A DNA stretch of 64,000 nucleotides from an uncultured Aliarcobacter sp. (GTDB lineage Bacteria > Campylobacterota > Campylobacteria > Campylobacterales > Arcobacteraceae). A program made the translations under genes and the position numbers. The DNA is taken from assembly GCA_963677435.1 (NCBI GenBank), contig OY781945.1:2848001-2912000 (forward strand), written 5' to 3'. Within the stretch, counting starts at the first letter, position 1. Each line of letters opens with the position of its first letter. Shown here piece after piece: positions 38,750 through 47,415 of this stretch. The notes below the pieces were generated by a model that worked only from the letters and a program-made list of their open reading frames with translations, did not search any database and was not told where the DNA came from.

Positions 38750-39601
38750 CTATCTTAGATACTCTAATATTTTTAGATTTTTAATATCAAACTTTGAAAA
38801 AGCAAACCATTTTTTACCCAAATCTTTCAAACTAGCTCCTATGTGAAAAACTTCATTTTTATCCATTATCAGAAATCTATCGTGAGAGTTTTTAAACTCA
38901 TAAAGCTCTATATTTTCATATTGTTTTTGGTATTTTTCAAAATCTAATTTGACTTGTTTAGTAATATTTTGAGTGTAAATTTTGGTTTTTATATTTGGAT
39001 ATTTTGAAAAGAGTGTAAATACTGTTTCATCTATGTAATTATCAATTAGGATTATTTCATTTGTTGCATTTTTCAGTAAATCATTCACAAAAACATAAGC
39101 ATCAAAAATCTCTCCATTATAAAATATCCCTTGTTTTGGTTTTAGAGTTTTGTCTTCAAGTGAGTTTGAGATATTTTCTACTTTTGATTTTAGGATTATT
39201 ACTTCTTTTTCTAAAGATAAAAACCTATCATTTGTTATTTTTTCACCATTTATTACATAAGCATTTTGAATATAGTTTTTTAGTATTAATGTTGCCCATT
39301 GTCTAAATCTTATAGCTTTTGATGAATTTGTTCTATAGCCAACAGCTAAAACAATATCTAAACTATAAAAACTTACAGGTTTGTCAGAATTTGCAATATG
39401 CATTTTTTGCATATTGCTTTTTCCATCCACTTCCTCATCTTTAAAAATATTATTAATATGTCTGCTAATAACACTTTGGTCTTTTTCAAAAATATTACAT
39501 ATTTGAGCTTGTGTAAGCCAAATAGTTTCATCATTTACAGATATTTTTAGTTCTAATTCACCATCATTATAAACTACTATATTTGATTTATCTTTTTGCA
39601 T
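38750..39601 (-). CDS. RhuM-family DNA-binding protein with C-terminal HDRFLI domain
   Basis: IWLTQAQI, ISRHINNIF, AVGYRTNS..FRQWA; SHDRFLI..HIGASLKDLGKK. Confidence 0.75.
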   Translation of the reverse strand: MQKDKSNIVVYNDGELELKISVNDETIWLTQAQICNIFEKDQSVISRHINNIFKDEEVDGKSNMQKMHIANSDKPVSFYSLDIVLAVGYRTNSSKAIRFRQWATLILKNYIQNAYVINGEKITNDRFLSLEKEVIILKSKVENISNSLEDKTLKPKQGIFYNGEIFDAYVFVNDLLKNATNEIILIDNYIDETVFTLFSKYPNIKTKIYTQNITKQVKLDFEKYQKQYENIELYEFKNSHDRFLIMDKNEVFHIGASLKDLGKKWFAFSKFDIKNLKILEYLR

Positions 39602-39763
39602 TTTTGGCCTTTTGAACTTATATGAAGAATTATATAAATTTTTTTGATTAACAACTAAAAATATTACAATTTGTTATTTTTTTCTTTCTGGATTTTTTTT
39701 AGAAAATTTGCCTAAGAAAAAGTTGAAATAAATTATCTGTCACCCTTATTTCATAGATTTTTT

Positions 39764-39795
39764 CTCGTTCCCAAGCTCTAGCTTGGGAATGCATA
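39764..39795. repeat. REP-like extragenic palindrome
   Basis: CTCGTTCCCAAGC-TCTA-GCTTGGGAATGCATA, a GC-rich hairpin in an AT-rich intergenic region. Confidence 0.55.
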
Positions 39796-39909
39796 GGTTT
39801 AAAAGAAAAGGAATTTCAAAATTTGCATTTTTAGGCAATCTTATAGTAATTTTGTTCTACTATAGTAAAAGAAAATTCTTATATACTATTCTTTTAAATG
39901 GAGAAAATT

Positions 39910-40914
39910 ATGAATAATAAAAAAATACCACTATCCGTATTAGATTTAGTTCCAGTTGCACAGGGCTTTTCAATATCACAAGCAATAGAAAATAGTACAA
40001 AACTTGCCCAAGCTGTTGAAGAGTTTGGATTTACTAGATATTGGGTAGCTGAACATCACAATTTTAGTGGAATCGCAAGTGCTGCAACTTCTGTAATATT
40101 AAGTTATATTGGAGCAAAAACTAACAAAATTAGAATTGGTTCAGGTGGAATCATGCTTCCTAATCATGCGCCATTGGTTATTGCTGAACAATTTGGAACT
40201 TTGGAATCTTTATATCCAAATAGAATAGATTTAGGTTTAGGAAGAGCGCCAGGAACTGATAGACAAACAATGTTAGCTCTTAGACGAGATCCAAATAATG
40301 ATGGATCAGATTTTCCTATGATGCTTAAATATTTGCAATACTATTTATCAAATGAAGCCGGAAATAAAGGAATAAAAGCAATACCTGGTTATGGATTGGA
40401 TATTCCAATTTGGTTGCTTGGTTCTAGTACTTTTAGTGCTTCCTTAGCTGCACAAAAAGGCTTGCCTTTTGTTTTTGCCTCACACTTTGCACCTGATTCA
40501 ATGGATGATGCAGTAAAAATATATCATGCAAACTTCAAACCATCTGCACAGCTAAAAGAACCTTATGTAATGATTTGTATAAATGTAATTTGTGCTCAAA
40601 CAAATGAAGAAGCACAATATTTAGCCACAAGTGAACTTCAAAAGTTTCTTTATCTAAATAGAGGTGATGATAAACAACTACAAAAACCTACAAAAGATAT
40701 GAGCAGTTTATGGCAAGAGTGGGAAGAAAAAAGCATAAGACATAAAACAAGAGAATCAATATGGGGAACTCCAGAAGTTGTGAAAGAAAGACTTGAAAGT
40801 TTGATAGCAAGAACTGGTGCAAATGAAATAATGATAAATTGTATGGTACATAATCCAGAGGATAGAATAAAATCTTATGAGCTGATTTCGGAAGTTTGGT
40901 TTGAGAAAAGTTAA
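39910..40914 (+). CDS. LLM-class flavin-dependent oxidoreductase (luciferase-like)
   Basis: RYWVAEHHN, IGSGGIMLPNH, DLGLGRAPG, WLLGSS. Confidence 0.9.
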   Translation: MNNKKIPLSVLDLVPVAQGFSISQAIENSTKLAQAVEEFGFTRYWVAEHHNFSGIASAATSVILSYIGAKTNKIRIGSGGIMLPNHAPLVIAEQFGTLESLYPNRIDLGLGRAPGTDRQTMLALRRDPNNDGSDFPMMLKYLQYYLSNEAGNKGIKAIPGYGLDIPIWLLGSSTFSASLAAQKGLPFVFASHFAPDSMDDAVKIYHANFKPSAQLKEPYVMICINVICAQTNEEAQYLATSELQKFLYLNRGDDKQLQKPTKDMSSLWQEWEEKSIRHKTRESIWGTPEVVKERLESLIARTGANEIMINCMVHNPEDRIKSYELISEVWFEKS

Positions 40915-40946
40915 AAAAAGACCCAAACATTTTGGGTCTTTTTTTT
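40914..40946. terminator. Bidirectional intrinsic terminator
   Basis: AAAAAAGACCCAAA...TTTGGGTCTTTTTT. Confidence 0.8.
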
Positions 40947-42141
40947 AGAAATTAATATTAACTGCTGCAACAACTGTTTGCATATCATCTAAGCTACTTT
41001 GATTAAAGTCACCTAATGAATATCTTAAACTAACTGTTGCGCTTTTATTTAGTTTATAAGCTAATCCTGCGTCATATTCTGTAATTTTTAAATCTTTATT
41101 AATTTTCATAAAAGTTGCATCTTTAATATTGTGTTGTCCTAAATTTCCTTCAAGTGTCAATTTATTTGAAACATCATATGCAAGATTTAAAGCTACTAAA
41201 GTAGTATCTCCATATTTTCCAACTCTATCAAGAGAAGCTGTTCCTAAATCATCATTTGTTAAATATGTAACTGGTAAGTTTTTACCTGCAACATAACCAT
41301 CTTTTGTTGTAAGTGCTGCAATTCCAACATTAAAATTATCTATTTGTTTAGCAACTTTTAAATAAGCACCAAACATTTTTTCATCACTTTTGCTAACAGA
41401 AGAGTTTGTTCTATCTCCAACTCTTTTTTCTATTTGTGTTTGTAAGTCTAAATCAGCAATTTTTCCCATTGCAAAAGCATTAAACATGTGACTTGTTGCA
41501 TCATTATAAATTTTAGAACCTGATGATGTTTCAGTATTATTTTGTAAATAAACATATCTTCCACCAACTAGCATCTTATCAAGAGTAACTTGTCCACCAA
41601 CTGAGTATGCATCAAAATCACCAACACCTGTTCCAGAAGATAATCCTAAGAATGTATTTTGGTCATTATTTTTACCCTCAACAGCTTTAAAATCAAAGGC
41701 ATATAATAAAACATCTTCAACTGGTTTATAACCAACAAGAGCTAAATCAATTTTATCTCCATTTGAACCATAAAAAGGCGTTCCATAAGTATCATTTACT
41801 CGTCCTGCTAATAAAAATTTATTTTCATCAAAAGGTACTAAAACATTTGCTTCATCCCAAGTAAAAGTGTCATTATCATTATCACCCCAAGCATTATTTT
41901 TCAATTCTATTCTTGAATGAATAACAATTCCCTCAAGTGTTTTGAAATCTAAATTAACTCTTATTTTTGAATCAAGTACTTGTTTATCTTTTTTTACAGT
42001 ATCAGTATCACCTTTTACAGATATTCCTCTTACTTCAGCATCACCATAAATTTTTAAATCTGACACTAATTCAACATTTCCAGCCATCGCAGAAGTAATA
42101 GCAATTGACGCAGCAAAACTCAATAAGCCTAATTTTTTCAT
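40945..42141 (-). CDS. Outer-membrane beta-barrel porin-like protein
   Basis: Signal peptide, alternating amphipathic strands, C-terminal beta-signal AVNINF. Confidence 0.75.
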   Translation of the reverse strand: MKKLGLLSFAASIAITSAMAGNVELVSDLKIYGDAEVRGISVKGDTDTVKKDKQVLDSKIRVNLDFKTLEGIVIHSRIELKNNAWGDNDNDTFTWDEANVLVPFDENKFLLAGRVNDTYGTPFYGSNGDKIDLALVGYKPVEDVLLYAFDFKAVEGKNNDQNTFLGLSSGTGVGDFDAYSVGGQVTLDKMLVGGRYVYLQNNTETSSGSKIYNDATSHMFNAFAMGKIADLDLQTQIEKRVGDRTNSSVSKSDEKMFGAYLKVAKQIDNFNVGIAALTTKDGYVAGKNLPVTYLTNDDLGTASLDRVGKYGDTTLVALNLAYDVSNKLTLEGNLGQHNIKDATFMKINKDLKITEYDAGLAYKLNKSATVSLRYSLGDFNQSSLDDMQTVVAAVNINF

Positions 42142-42198
42142 TTCCAATCCTTAAATAATTTTTACAAGAATTTGACCAAAACAAATCCCGCATTCGTT

Positions 42199-42274
42199 AT
42201 TATACTTTATGCTTATAGCCTCACAATAGCCCTAAAATAGCCTATTTGTAGCCTTTATATAGCTTATTTATAGC
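42199..42274 (-). promoter_or_regulatory. Porin promoter: six GCTA boxes at exact 11-bp period plus -10
   Basis: TAGC on the plus strand at 42216, 42227, 42238, 42249, 42260, 42271; TATAAT (minus) at 42199-42204. Confidence 0.85.
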
Positions 42275-42429
42275 ATAGTTAGAAAATTATTTTTTTATGT
42301 TCTTTTTAGAAGTTTTTAATGATTTTTTATTAAATTTGACTTTATTTTGAAAGGAATCATATATCTATAATTATAAGGGGAAAAATTGAATAGAATTAAA
42401 AAGTAAGATATTAGTTTGGAAGATATTAA

Positions 42430-42825
42430 TTAATATTTTCCAAACTCTTTATATGTTTTATCTTCAAAGATGACAAATACTTGTTTTACATCTTTATCAT
42501 TTTCATAAGCTGGAAGTGATAATCCAATTGCATTTTTTGGAGTGTTTTTTAAAAAATCTTTTATAGCAAGGCTTGGAACATTTCCTTCAAAAACATAATC
42601 ATTTAATATTGAAGTATTGCAAGATTGTATCTCTCTTGGAATTCCGATTTGTCTTTTTAAATCTTTCATATCAATTAATGAAACAATTTTCACCTCTTGA
42701 CCATCTTTTTTTATATCATCTAACCAAGATTGAGGGCAAGTACTTGTAACTGGTTTAAAAATCTGCATTTCATTTTGAGCATATAAACTCAAAGCGACTA
42801 ATGTTGAAAGTAAAATCTTTTTCAT
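42430..42825 (-). CDS. Divergent DUF411/CopG-like periplasmic metal-binding protein
   Basis: GIP..QSCNTS, YVFEGNVP, AIGLSLP resemble DUF411 SCHT/EGHVP/GLAVP motifs; signal peptide. Confidence 0.6.
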   Translation of the reverse strand: MKKILLSTLVALSLYAQNEMQIFKPVTSTCPQSWLDDIKKDGQEVKIVSLIDMKDLKRQIGIPREIQSCNTSILNDYVFEGNVPSLAIKDFLKNTPKNAIGLSLPAYENDKDVKQVFVIFEDKTYKEFGKY

Positions 42826-43520
42826 AAAAATCCTTCTAAAATATGTGGGTGAGTTTCTAATAATTCATTTTTTAATTCATCTATTTTTTTTGGATTATAT
42901 TCTTGATTATTGCTATTTTTATATTCAAATATCACAGTAGCTGGATTTTTACTAAAAAATATAATTCTATTTGAAAGATAAATTGCTTCAGTTAAATCGT
43001 GAGTTACCAAAATTATAGTTGTATTAAATCTTTTACATAACTCTAAAAAATCTTTTTTAAGTGCAGTTGCCGTTGGATAATCCAAAGAGATAAAAGGTTC
43101 ATCCAAAAATATTAGTTTTGGTTTATTTATAAAAGCTCTCACAAATGAAACTCTTCTTGCCATTCCACCTGATAAATCTTTTGGATATAAGTCTAAGATG
43201 TTCTCTAAATTTACCAATTTTAAAAGTTCATTTATCTCTTGTATATTTTTATCTTTTGATACTATTAAAAGATTTTCTTTTATTGTAAGCCATGGAATTA
43301 ATCTAGCATCTTGAAATACAAAACCAATATTTGAAGAGTTGATGTTTACATTTCCTTTGAAGTCTTTATCTAAAGATGAAACGATATTTAAAAAAGTAGT
43401 TTTCCCACAACCAGATGGTCCAATGATTGATAAAAATTCTGCTTCTTTTAATGAAATATCTATATTTTCTAATATTTTTATTCCTTTAAAACTTTTCTCT
43501 TTGATATTTATTTTTATCAT
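42822..43520 (-). CDS. NitT/TauT-type ABC ATPase
   Basis: GPSGCGKTT, VFQDARLIPW, LSGGMARR, LDEPF. Confidence 0.88.
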   Translation of the reverse strand: MIKINIKEKSFKGIKILENIDISLKEAEFLSIIGPSGCGKTTFLNIVSSLDKDFKGNVNINSSNIGFVFQDARLIPWLTIKENLLIVSKDKNIQEINELLKLVNLENILDLYPKDLSGGMARRVSFVRAFINKPKLIFLDEPFISLDYPTATALKKDFLELCKRFNTTIILVTHDLTEAIYLSNRIIFFSKNPATVIFEYKNSNNQEYNPKKIDELKNELLETHPHILEGFL

Positions 43521-43521
43521 T

Positions 43522-44256
43522 TTATCTCCATCTTTTTGCTCTAATTTCAAGAGGATTTAATATAAGTTTTTCAATTAAAATCACAATAAATATAAAAGCA
43601 AATGAATAAGCAAAAATAGAAGTAATATCAAAATTTTGGAAAAACATTGCCATTTGAAAACCTATTCCATCGCTTCTTCCTAAAAGCTCAACCACTAAAA
43701 CTATTTTCCAAATCAAAGATATAGTCAATCTTGTAGTTGCCATAATATATGGATAAATTTGTGGAAAATATATTTTTGTGATTAAATCCCTTTTTGGAAT
43801 TTCATAAACTTGAGCCAACTGTGAATATTTCTTATCCATAGCTTTTACGCCCTCTCTAATATTTACTATTATTATTGGAACTTTATTTATTACAACTGCT
43901 AATATTGCAGAAAAATCTGTTAATCCAAACCAAATATAACAAATAATAATTGATACAAGAGCTGGAATATTTAATCCAATAATCAAAAAAATATCAAAAA
44001 AAGAGTCGAATCTGGGAAATAATCCCATGATAATTCCAAAAAATATTCCAATAATCATTGAAAATACAAAAGCTATAAAAACTCTTTGAAGTGTTATTCC
44101 TGCGTTTAAAATCAAATCTTTATTTACTAAGTGATCAAATAAACTTCCTAAAATATCTATTACAGATGGGAAAACATCTGTATTTGCTATTATTGCTATT
44201 GATTGCCATAAGATTACTAGCAAGCATATTGATAAAAGTTTATTTGAATTATTCAT
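43522..44256 (-). CDS. NitT/TauT-type ABC permease
   Basis: Multi-TM; WKIVLVVELLGRSDGIG. Confidence 0.85.
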   Translation of the reverse strand: MNNSNKLLSICLLVILWQSIAIIANTDVFPSVIDILGSLFDHLVNKDLILNAGITLQRVFIAFVFSMIIGIFFGIIMGLFPRFDSFFDIFLIIGLNIPALVSIIICYIWFGLTDFSAILAVVINKVPIIIVNIREGVKAMDKKYSQLAQVYEIPKRDLITKIYFPQIYPYIMATTRLTISLIWKIVLVVELLGRSDGIGFQMAMFFQNFDITSIFAYSFAFIFIVILIEKLILNPLEIRAKRWR

Positions 44257-44268
44257 ATATTTTTAATC

Positions 44269-45228
44269 CTACTTTGAGTCAAATTTCCAAAATATGTCGT
44301 TATTTAAAGAAGTACTTTTACCTAAATCCTCGCCTGCATCTTTTGAAAGAATTTTATATACTTTTTGTAAATCAGCAATATTTGATTCATCAAAGTTTTC
44401 TATGATTCCTTTTTTATATCCATTTTTTAAAGCTTCAAACTCACTATTTGATTTTACATTCATTAATGGTTTAATTCTTTCCCACTCTTTTGAACTATTT
44501 TTTAATATATTTTTACTCTCTTGAGAAGCTTTTAAAAATGAGTTTATTAAATCTTTATTATTTGTTGCAAACTCTTTATTAAATACCCATCCAACAAAAG
44601 AGACATCTTGTTTTAATCCTAATTGTTTAAAAACATCTTCTATTTCAACTAAAGGTTTTATATTATTTTCTTCAAGTTTTGCATTAAATTGCCAAAAATT
44701 AATAGTTGCATTTAAAGAGTTGTCTTGCATTTTTTTATATAAAATTGGAGCACTAGCATACACAGGAGTTACAATATCTTTTAAATCAATATTATATTTA
44801 TCTCTACTATATGCTCTTAATAATAACCAAGTTTTATCATAAACTCCACCTGCAATTCCTAACTCTTTTCCTTTTAAATCAAGCAAATTTTTGATATTTG
44901 AATCTTCATTTACCACTAAAGTTCCAGTAGCTTTTGAATATGGATAAAAATTAAAATCATTGCCATTTGCTTTTTGTGTATTTACCCAAACCCAATCATT
45001 TACAATAATATCTACACTTTTACCTTGAAGTGCCACTAGTTGGGCATTTTTTGAAGCTAAATTTACAATTTCTAAATTAAAACCATACTTTTCATCAAGC
45101 TTATTAGACTTTAAAACATCTAATTCCCAATTCACTGTTCCAAAGGCTAAAACACCAATTTTTAAACTAGTTTGTGCAAATAAGCTTGTGATTGTTAGAA
45201 ATACGATTGTTAGAAATTTATATATCAT
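44269..45228 (-). CDS. NitT/TauT-type ABC substrate-binding protein, PQQ-cluster associated
   Basis: GVLAFGTVNWEL, DWVWV, GIAGG..DKTWLLL; start ATG 45228 after AAGGA. Confidence 0.8.
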   Translation of the reverse strand: MIYKFLTIVFLTITSLFAQTSLKIGVLAFGTVNWELDVLKSNKLDEKYGFNLEIVNLASKNAQLVALQGKSVDIIVNDWVWVNTQKANGNDFNFYPYSKATGTLVVNEDSNIKNLLDLKGKELGIAGGVYDKTWLLLRAYSRDKYNIDLKDIVTPVYASAPILYKKMQDNSLNATINFWQFNAKLEENNIKPLVEIEDVFKQLGLKQDVSFVGWVFNKEFATNNKDLINSFLKASQESKNILKNSSKEWERIKPLMNVKSNSEFEALKNGYKKGIIENFDESNIADLQKVYKILSKDAGEDLGKSTSLNNDIFWKFDSK

Positions 45229-45256
45229 TTTTAGTTCCTTATTATTTTGTAAAGCA

Positions 45257-45341
45257 ATTGTATACAAATTTAATAGCCCCAATATAGCCTTTTTTAAATA
45301 TTTTTACTTGCTATAATCAGGCTATAAAAATTGTTTATAAT
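45257..45341. promoter_or_regulatory. Two divergent GCTA-box promoters (ABC operon / cytochrome c550 operon)
   Basis: Minus sense GCTATATTGGG GCTATTAAATTTGTA TACAAT (45257-45288); plus GCTATAATCAG GCTATAAAAATTGTT TATAAT (45310-45341). Confidence 0.8.
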
Positions 45342-45372
45342 TTCAATAACAAAAAAATTAAAAGGAATTCTT

Positions 45373-45786
45373 ATGAATAAAATTCAAAAATTAGGCTTAG
45401 CTGTATTATGTAGTACAGTATTTGCATTTGGACATGGAAGTGTAACTCCACAAGCTGTTGATACAAAAGGTTTAGCACCACTTGGAGCTGACTGGTTAGA
45501 TAAAAATCCATATGTTGGAAATGAAACTGCAAGAGAAATTGGTGAACATGGATATAGTGAAAACTGTGCTAGATGTCATGGACTTGAAGCTGTTTCAGGT
45601 GGAATTGCACCAGATTTAAGATATTTAGATCCAGGTATAGATGGAGATGAGTGGTTCATGGAAAGAATTAGAGGTGGAGCTGTTAGAAATGGAAATGTTT
45701 ATATGCCACCATTTGAAGGTGTATTAAGTCAAGAAGCGATGTGGTCAATTAGAACATATATACTTTCTTTACACCAAGAAAACTAA
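45373..45786 (+). CDS. Cytochrome c550 (PedF/ExaB-like), electron acceptor of the PQQ-ADH
   Basis: HGSVTPQAVDTKGL, CARCHGLEAVSGGIAPDLR, YMPPF; start ATG 45373. Confidence 0.9.
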   Translation: MNKIQKLGLAVLCSTVFAFGHGSVTPQAVDTKGLAPLGADWLDKNPYVGNETAREIGEHGYSENCARCHGLEAVSGGIAPDLRYLDPGIDGDEWFMERIRGGAVRNGNVYMPPFEGVLSQEAMWSIRTYILSLHQEN

Positions 45787-45795
45787 AGTATTCTT

Positions 45796-46665
45796 ATGAA
45801 AATGTTTCTTAAATTATCACTAATGACTCTGTTTCTTGCAATAAGTTTATTTGCAAGAAATATTGATGATATCAAAAAAAGTGGTGAAATTATTATTGCT
45901 GTTTATGAAGATTTTCCTCCTTACTCATTTATGGAAGATGGTGTTGCAAAGGGAATTGATGTCGAACTTGGAAAGATGATTGCAAAATCATTAAATGTGA
46001 AACCAGTTTGGTCATTCACAGGTTTCGATGAGAATTTAGCAAGTGATTTAAGAAACAATATCTGGAGAGGAAATGTAGTTCATAAAAATAAGGCTGATGT
46101 AATGCTTAGAGTTCCTTATGATTACGATTATTTAAGAATTACAGATAAATCAACAGGACAACTAGAGACTGATATGGTTTCTATAAAAGGTCCATACCAA
46201 AGCGAAAAATGGATAATAGCTACAAATAAAGCTGTTATTCCACAAATAAACACTTTGGGGATTTTTGCATATCAAACTATAGGTGTTGAAGTTGATCTTC
46301 TTCCAGATTTATATTTAAGTGGTTTTGCAAGAGGTTTATTAAGCAAAAATATCAAACATTATAATAAATTTAGTGATGCTATAAATGACTTAAAAAGTGG
46401 GAAAATTGATGCCGTTGCTGGTTTAAAATCACAAATTGAATATCTTTTAGATTATAATAATAATAGTGATAAATATTATCTAAGTGAAAATATCCCTCAA
46501 ATGAAATCTCAATGGGATTTAGCAACAGCCGTTTCAAGTAATTTTAGAGATTTAAGTTATCATATTGATGGGCTTATGGACAAAGCCTATAAAGACGGAG
46601 AAATTAAAAAAATCTTTGATGATTTTGGAGTTACATATATACCTCCTATTTCAAAAACCCAATAA
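45796..46665 (+). CDS. Family 3 periplasmic binding protein (PedG/MoxJ-like)
   Basis: AVYEDFPPYS, GIDVELG, DLRN, ADVMLRVP; follows the cytochrome gene. Confidence 0.75.
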   Translation: MKMFLKLSLMTLFLAISLFARNIDDIKKSGEIIIAVYEDFPPYSFMEDGVAKGIDVELGKMIAKSLNVKPVWSFTGFDENLASDLRNNIWRGNVVHKNKADVMLRVPYDYDYLRITDKSTGQLETDMVSIKGPYQSEKWIIATNKAVIPQINTLGIFAYQTIGVEVDLLPDLYLSGFARGLLSKNIKHYNKFSDAINDLKSGKIDAVAGLKSQIEYLLDYNNNSDKYYLSENIPQMKSQWDLATAVSSNFRDLSYHIDGLMDKAYKDGEIKKIFDDFGVTYIPPISKTQ

Positions 46666-46674
46666 GGATGAATC

Positions 46675-47415
46675 ATGAAATATATATTTTTTTTATTAGT
46701 TCAGTTTTTACTAATACAAAATTCTTATGCAAATAACCCTGTAGAATCTCCTACTTTTGATGATATATTAAAAGATATTATTCAAAATGAAAAATATATA
46801 TTTGATGATAAAAATATAAAAATCAAAGTTCCTCTATTTGCAGATAATCCAATTCAAGTGCCTGTTTTTGTAGATGCAAAATCTATAAAAAATGCAAAAA
46901 GATTAATAGTTTTTGCTGATTTAAATCCAATTCCAAGAATTATTGATATGGACTTACAAAATCTTTTACCTATAATTTCTTTAAATATAAAAGTTGCCCA
47001 AGAGACTCCAATTCGAGCTTTAGTTTTAGATGAAAATAATCTTTGGCACATAGGAAGTAATAATATCAAAAGTTTTGGTGGTGGATGTTCAGTTGCAAGT
47101 GTAAGTTCTTCAAATACTGATTTTGAAAAACTTCTTGGAAAAGCAAAAGGAAATGTTTTCCAAACAGGAGATATTTATAGATTAAAAGCCTCAATTTTTC
47201 ACCCAATGGAAACAGGTTTGATTTTTGGTAATAGTGAGTTTTATATTAATAAAATCACTATCAAAGCAAATGATAAAGTATTAGCAAATATCTTAGCCTA
47301 CTCAGCAATTAGTGAAAATCCAAGATTTATCTTTGAGACAAAAGTCAAATCAAATGATTATAAAATTGAATTTTCAGATATTGATGGGAATCACTTTAGT
47401 ACGGAGATAAAATGA
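46675..47415 (+). CDS. Quinoprotein dehydrogenase-associated SoxYZ-like carrier
   Basis: DLNPIP, GGGCS (SoxY-like), HPMETGL and SENP (SoxZ-like) fused. Confidence 0.8.
   Translation: MKYIFFLLVQFLLIQNSYANNPVESPTFDDILKDIIQNEKYIFDDKNIKIKVPLFADNPIQVPVFVDAKSIKNAKRLIVFADLNPIPRIIDMDLQNLLPIISLNIKVAQETPIRALVLDENNLWHIGSNNIKSFGGGCSVASVSSSNTDFEKLLGKAKGNVFQTGDIYRLKASIFHPMETGLIFGNSEFYINKITIKANDKVLANILAYSAISENPRFIFETKVKSNDYKIEFSDIDGNHFSTEIK

Noticed and set aside
42210..42280. 11-bp periodic repeat as a CRISPR array, VNTR or iteron set
   Set aside because: Only a 4-6 bp core is conserved, no spacers or cas genes, and the same phased motif precedes six other -10 boxes
46675..47415. Sox sulfur-oxidation pathway
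   Set aside because: No soxABCDX in the window; the fused SoxYZ-like form with an MBL hydrolase is the quinoprotein-associated type
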